DNA from: Malacoraja senta
Lineage: Eukaryota
Reading direction: 5' to 3'
DNA length: 50,654 nt
Assembly (NCBI GenBank): GCA_038087875.1
Contig: JAXLNO010000406.1
Coordinates: 248,001 to 298,654 of the forward strand
The translations under genes were made by a program, and so were the position numbers. Each line of letters starts with the position of its first letter. The first letter of the stretch is position 1. Under the pieces are notes generated by a model. The model was not told where the DNA came from. It was given only the letters and a program-made list of their open reading frames with translations, and ran no database searches. This document shows, piece after piece, positions 45,698-50,654 of the stretch.

Positions 45698-45788
45698 GAT
45701 CAGTCACACAACAACTTTCAGTCACAGGTCACAACCCAGTTTGCTGAACTGCACCAGATTCTCACTAAGAAAGAGCAGCGTTTACTCG
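45698..45788 (+). pseudogene. Truncated paralogous copy of TRIM exon 3
   Basis: ACCTTTCATCTGACAG| DQSHNNFQSQVTTQFAELHQILTKKEQRLL, then cut by a Penelope pLTR piece (45789-45885). Confidence 0.85.
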
Positions 45789-46371
45789 TTCCTTCTCTCC
45801 AGAGATGCTGCCTAAACTCGCTGAGTTACTCCAGCATTTTGTTTCTACCTTTGATTTAAACCAGCATATACAGTTCTTTTCTCCACACTTATTCTCTCTC
45901 TAGTTGTCCCTTTGACCTCAGAGGGACCCATTCTCTCCCGAGTTATTCTTTTGCTATTAATATACTTGTTGTATCTCTGGGGATTCTCTTGTTTGTCGTG
46001 ACTCGTGACTCTTCAGTTCTGCTGATTTTCCTTTTAATTTACTCCTGCAAGTTTTTATACTGCAAAACAAATTGCTTGATGACAGCAACCTGTACCCGAC
46101 CAGTGCCTCACACCCTTTGTGGTTCCCTCATCCTGATACGTGATCTTACGTTACATTACCGTCTGCATCGACCAGACCTGTGACCACAAATTCCACATTC
46201 TGATCACTGAATTTCTGACAGGATTTGCTCCAGGCCACTTTGCATTTTACAATTGTGTTTTGGTATCTGCAGAACCGGTGATACATTCTCCATCCACACC
46301 CAATCTAATCCATCATTAATCTTAAATTCCTCCAACCAATTATGATTAACAGCTTATTGTTGGGTAACATA

Positions 46372-46814
46372 TGATAAGCGTTTTTCGACACTGGGCCTGT
46401 ACTCGCTGGAGTTTAGAAAAATGAGCGGGGAGGTCATTGAAACTGACCGAAGAATGAAAGGCTTGGATAGAGTGGATGTGGAGAGGATGTTTCCACTAGT
46501 GGGAGAGTCTAGGACTAGAGGTCATATCCTCAGAATTAAAGGACATTTCTTCAGGAAGGAAATGAGGAGGAATTTTAGTCAAGAGGGTGGTGACTCTGTG
46601 GAATTCTTTGCCACAGATGGCTCTGGAGGTCAAGTCAGTGGAGGTTAAGGCAGATATATATAGATTCTTGATTAGTATGGGTGTCAGAGGTTATGTGGAG
46701 AAGGCAGGAGAATGGGGTTAGGAGGGAGAGATAGGTCAGCCATGATTGAATAGTGGAGTAGTCTTGATGGGCTGAATGGTCTAATTCTGCTCCTATCACT
46801 TATGACCATATGAC
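46372..46814 (+). mobile_element. CR1 3' fragment
   Basis: KGLDRVDVERMFPLVGESRTRGH, 3' UTR and (TATGAC) tail. Confidence 0.85.
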
Positions 46815-46854
46815 ATTATTCAGCAGAAAATTCACAACACGTCCAGACTTTCCT

Positions 46855-47080
46855 TTTTTTTTTAATTTCAAAATACTTTATTCAGGTAATAAATATATAC
46901 AATACATGAACCGTGCAAAAAAAAATTCATCCGACATTTTCGGAGGCTATACCATTTATTTAATACAGTCTACATACATTGCTCAAATCTCACTAATTTA
47001 TCCCCCACCCTTGCCACTCATGTGGCCCACTGGTGTGGGATATCGTCCCTTATTTTGAGGGGCGTCTCCACCACACCTTG
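46855..47080 (-). mobile_element. Short poly(A) retro-insertion (probable L1/Tx1-type 3' UTR)
   Basis: Poly-T and TTTATT at left end; 11 bp TSD CAGACTTTCCT at 46844-46854 and 47081-47091. Confidence 0.8.
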
Positions 47081-47283
47081 CAGACTTTCCTGCACATTGC
47101 CTCCTTTGAGATATAGCATAATTTTCACAAACATTTAACAACCCTCCTGCATTGGTGCTATCAATGTAATATCTTCTGTGTGACAACGTGAGCGCGAGTC
47201 AAAAAATGAGAATTTTCAACTATGTGAAATAACTTGCGTGAAATTGCTGTTCCCTCAGTCAATTTCTGCTTTATTTATTACAG

Positions 47284-47306
47284 GAGGAAGCTGGTCGCAA
47301 GAGCAG
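47284..47306 (+). CDS. TRIM exon 4 (23 bp)
   Basis: TTACAG| EEAGRKS(R) |GTAGGA. Confidence 0.8.
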
Positions 47307-47401
47307 GTAGGACATCCTCTTTAGTTAAACTCTGCATGGATCTGTAAAGTCACATAAACATGTCGACGCGCAGGTTATAATCGGTTATTTAATATTTGCA
47401 G

Positions 47402-47520
47402 AATTAGTGATGAATCCCGGACATTGTCACTGAGAGATGGTGCCATACTGGATGAAAGATTCGATCACCCCTTCTGGTTGAATGCAGTGTTGAAAGATAT
47501 CGTTGTTGCGAATCACCAAG
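47402..47520 (+). CDS. TRIM exon 5 (119 bp linker)
   Basis: TTGCAG| ISDESRTLSLRDGAILDERFDHPFWLNAVLKDIVVANHQ |GTAAAA; phase matches exon 4. Confidence 0.8.
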
Positions 47521-48033
47521 GTAAAACATATGGATTCCTTACTTCTTATGTGGGTGACATATTTAAGTTGTAAATAGAAGCAAAGATTGACCGCAATGAT
47601 GAACTGTAGGGGAACTAAAGTTTTATACCAGCACCAATCTCACCTGTTGGGAAGCTTCACAGTCAAGTGGTCAGCTGGAGATGTCAGAACCCTGAACACA
47701 TCCAACACAGGAGCACAATACAACCAAGACACAGACTGCCAGATGAACTAAAACACCTTAACCCCATCTGCACCGCAGAAACACTCCACAATATTAGTTT
47801 AGATTCTACCAGTTAGCCAAGAATTAATTTAATCAGAGATTTTGAAAACTGGTGGGAATTTGATGACCAGGATTGTCATAAAAACACACATGGTTCCATC
47901 AGAGAAGGATATATGTGTCACTGATCCTACTTGTCCTGTCATTGACCACTGACTTTGGTTAACTCATGTCTGCCCCCTGCTGGAGTTATGACATTGTTAT
48001 TAACTGGCCACCATGTTGAAGCATTGTCAGATC

Positions 48034-48294
48034 GGGGGAGTTTAACCCGCCACGGGTACCATGTAATCCCGTGCTACCTGCCCCATGGTCCTATAGTCGG
48101 TGACTAAACCGTCCCCCACCTGGTTTGCTAGATGAGGAGGGAGCTGTGGACCCCCAGCAGGTCCAAATACAAGACCGGTCGGTCAAAGGGCGGATGAGCT
48201 TCTAGCGAGCCCACGGCCATCCACACTTCAGTAGAAGTTGCGATCACTGTCGTACATAGCATTGTAAGGAGTGAAGACAAATATGAAATGAAAA
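48034..48294 (+). mobile_element. Short GC-rich retroelement, possibly derived from an RTE 5' UTR
   Basis: GC-rich structured block in an AT-rich intron ending in an (ATGAA)n-like tail; family guessed by eye. Confidence 0.4.
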
Positions 48295-48529
48295 TCTTCC
48301 CTCTCCTTGCTTTTCAAAAGAGAAGTTAATTAAAAAAATAATGAATTAGTGATGGAGTCACGTCAGACAAACTAGCATTGACCTCAGTCAGGGGTTTTGT
48401 CTCGGACGAAAACACCCAGTTACTTATTCAATTGATTTAAAATGGATTTATCTAAATCTAGTAAAAACTAGTCCCAAAAAGTTTATCTGCGAGTCTAATT
48501 GGTAGTAAAGAAAGCAAACTCAAGAGAGC

Positions 48530-48876
48530 TTGTGTACAAAACAGGGATGTAATGCTGAGGCTCTATAGGGCTAGAGGTCATAGCCTCAGATTTAACGGAC
48601 TTTCTTTTAGGAAGGAGATGATGAGAAAGTTATTTCGTCAGCGGCTGGTGAATCTGTGTGAATTCTTTGTCACAATAAACTGTGGAGTCCAAGTCAGTGG
48701 ATATTTTTAAGGCAGAGATAGATAGATTCTTGATTAGTACGGGAGTCAGCAGTTTTGGGGAGAAGGCAGGAGAATGGGTTTAGGAGGGAGAGTTAGGTCA
48801 GCCATTATAGAATGGCGGAGTGGACTTGATGGGCCGACCGGCCTAATTTTACTGCTATCACTTATGATATTATGAT
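48530..48876 (+). mobile_element. CR1 3' fragment with internal deletion
   Basis: Same family as 46372-46814. Confidence 0.8.
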
Positions 48877-49217
48877 CTTAAGTATTGAAATGTGGTATCA
48901 ATGTGCTGACCAGGATTGTTATCAAAATTTATGGGCAATCTTCAGAGAAAGAAATCTGTGCCATAACTCTCTCTGACTTGTCAGTGACTGAAGTTTCTGG
49001 TGACTCAGTGTTGGCCATGTTGGCATCGCGAGGTTCACAGTTATTAACTGTCTATCATGTTGAGGCATTGCTTGAATTAGATTCGTCAGGGAAACTATCA
49101 TTCACCTCAGTCAAGGCTTTTTCTCGGTGGAATACGCCCAGCTATTTGTCCAGGCAAAGATCCTCTTACGCACATACACCTGGAAAATTGAGATCTTGTG
49201 CCGAATTTCTCACTGTA

Positions 49218-49385
49218 GTGCAGCTGCTGGTTTAAATCGAAGGTAGACAACAAATGCTGTAGTAACTTAGCGGGACAGGCAGAGAAGGAATGGGTGATGT
49301 TTCGATCGAGACCCTACTTCAGACTCAATGAATCAATTAATCCGATTCTGACCCGATGAATCTCCTCTGCTCCCTCTCCAGCATA
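49218..49385. mobile_element. Penelope pLTR-derived hairpin remnant
   Basis: TGCAGCTGCTGGTTTAAATCGAAGGTAGACA...GTTTCGATCGAGACCCTACTTCAGACT. Confidence 0.65.
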
Positions 49386-49828
49386 AACACATCCTTCCTT
49401 GAGCATGTCGACCTGCACACAATACACCAAGTGAGGCTGACCAGCCTTGATAGCCTTACATGTGACCCAGAGCACCAATAATTTCCATGTCAGTACAAAT
49501 GTACTTCGCATGCCGACGGCACGGAAAGTGGTCGTTAATATATATCATAACCACCAACAATCCCAGGACAGATCCCTGCTGAAGACCACTGCGAACAGAT
49601 AGCCACTACAATTCCATACCTTTCAATCACAAAACTATCCTGATGCTAATACCCTCTGCCTCCTTAAACCAAGTCAATCTTGGATCCAATTATCCAGGTC
49701 ATATCGGATATCATATGTCTTCACTTTCGCCACTCGCCCACCATGAGGGAAGATGTCCAATGCCCCACGAAAGCCCATATATTGTTTTAGCCTGAGTTGA
49801 ATGAATTCATGGTTACAGGTCCAGGATC

Positions 49829-50654
49829 AATAGACAATAATCAATAGACAATAGGTGCAGGAGTAGGCCATTCGGCCCTTCGAGCCCTTCGATGTGATCA
49901 TGGCTGATCATCCCCAATCAGTACCCCGTTCCTGCCTTCTCCTCATATCCCCTGACTCTGCTATTTTTAAGAGCCCTATCTAGCTATCTCTTGAAATCAT
50001 CCAGAGAATCGGCCTCCACCGCCCTCTGAGGCAGAGAATTCCACAGACTCACCACTCTCTGTGAGAAAAAGTGTTTCCTCGTCTCGGTTCTAAATGGCTT
50101 ACTCCTTATTCTTAAACTGTGGCCCCTGGAACTGGACTCTCTCAACATCGGGAATATGTTTCCTGCCTCTACCATGTCCAAACCCTTAACAATCTTATAT
50201 GTTTCAATGAGATCCCCACTCATCCTTTTAAACTGCAGAGTGTACAAGCCCAGCCGCTCCATTCTCGCAGCATATGACAGACCGGCCATCCCGGGAATTA
50301 ACCTTGTAAACGTACGTTGCACTCCCTCAATAGCAACAATGCCCTTCCTCAAATTAGAGAACCAAAACTGCACACAATACTCCAAGTGTAGTCTCACTAG
50401 GGCTCTGTACAACTGCAGAAGGACCTCTTTGCTCCTCTATTCGATTATTTTTGTTATAAAGGCCAACATGCCATTCACTTTCTTCACTGCCTGCTGTACC
50501 TGCATGCTTACTTTCATACACTGATGTAGAAGGAACCCCAGATCCCGTTGTACTTCCCCTTTTCCCAACTTGACGCCATTTAGATAGTAATCTGCCTTCC
50601 TGTTTTTGCTACCAAAGTGGATAACCTCACATTTATCCGCATTAAACTTCATCT
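49829..50654 (-). mobile_element. CR1 LINE 3' portion, runs off window
   Basis: ORFs 50437-50652 and 49984-50412 (FNADKCEV, LVRLHLEYC, FFSQRVV); tail CAATAGACAATA. Confidence 0.9.

Larger units (their letters stand above)
42777..47520 (+). pseudogene. TRIM-family E3 ligase gene (RING, B-box2, coiled coil; A33/NF7/TRIM39-like), exons 1-5, premature stop in exon 2; PRY-SPRY exon not in window
   Basis: Five GT-AG exons of 411, 96, 234, 23 and 119 bp with consistent phases 0,0,0,2,1, the usual class IV TRIM layout; TAG at 43274-43276. Confidence 0.8.

Noticed and set aside
47521..50654. PRY-SPRY (B30.2) exon of the TRIM gene
   Set aside because: No TLD..TA..L or WEVEV-type coding sequence seen; probably beyond the window, so domain loss cannot be claimed

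Overview
Vertebrate nuclear DNA, most likely from a cartilaginous fish such as a skate or ray. This is inferred from the HE1-like V-SINEs, the CR1, Rex1 and Penelope repertoire, and a shark-type TRIM gene. Most of the window is transposable element sequence. 1-9.1 kb is a mosaic of SINEs, CR1, a nearly complete Rex1/Babar LINE, the 3' half of a Gypsy LTR element and inverted Penelope (GIY-YIG) pieces. 9141-28703 is one complete but degenerate DIRS1-type tyrosine-recombinase retrotransposon on the minus strand, with ITRs and ICR still visible. It is swollen to 19.5 kb by a young L1, a second L1 inserted inside that L1, a 4.3 kb tandem duplication and three micro-insertions. 28.7-42.7 kb is intergenic, with nested CR1, L1, a MITE and SINEs. 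42777-47520 holds exons 1-5 of a RING/B-box/coiled-coil TRIM gene with a TAG in exon 2 and a second, truncated exon 3. I see no convincing new protein-coding system. The best novelty candidates are RNA-level: a TSD-flanked palindromic element carrying hammerhead-ribozyme cores on both strands, and a twister-ribozyme-like motif in a short intronic retroelement. All family assignments were made by eye, without database searches, and many repeat boundaries are approximate.
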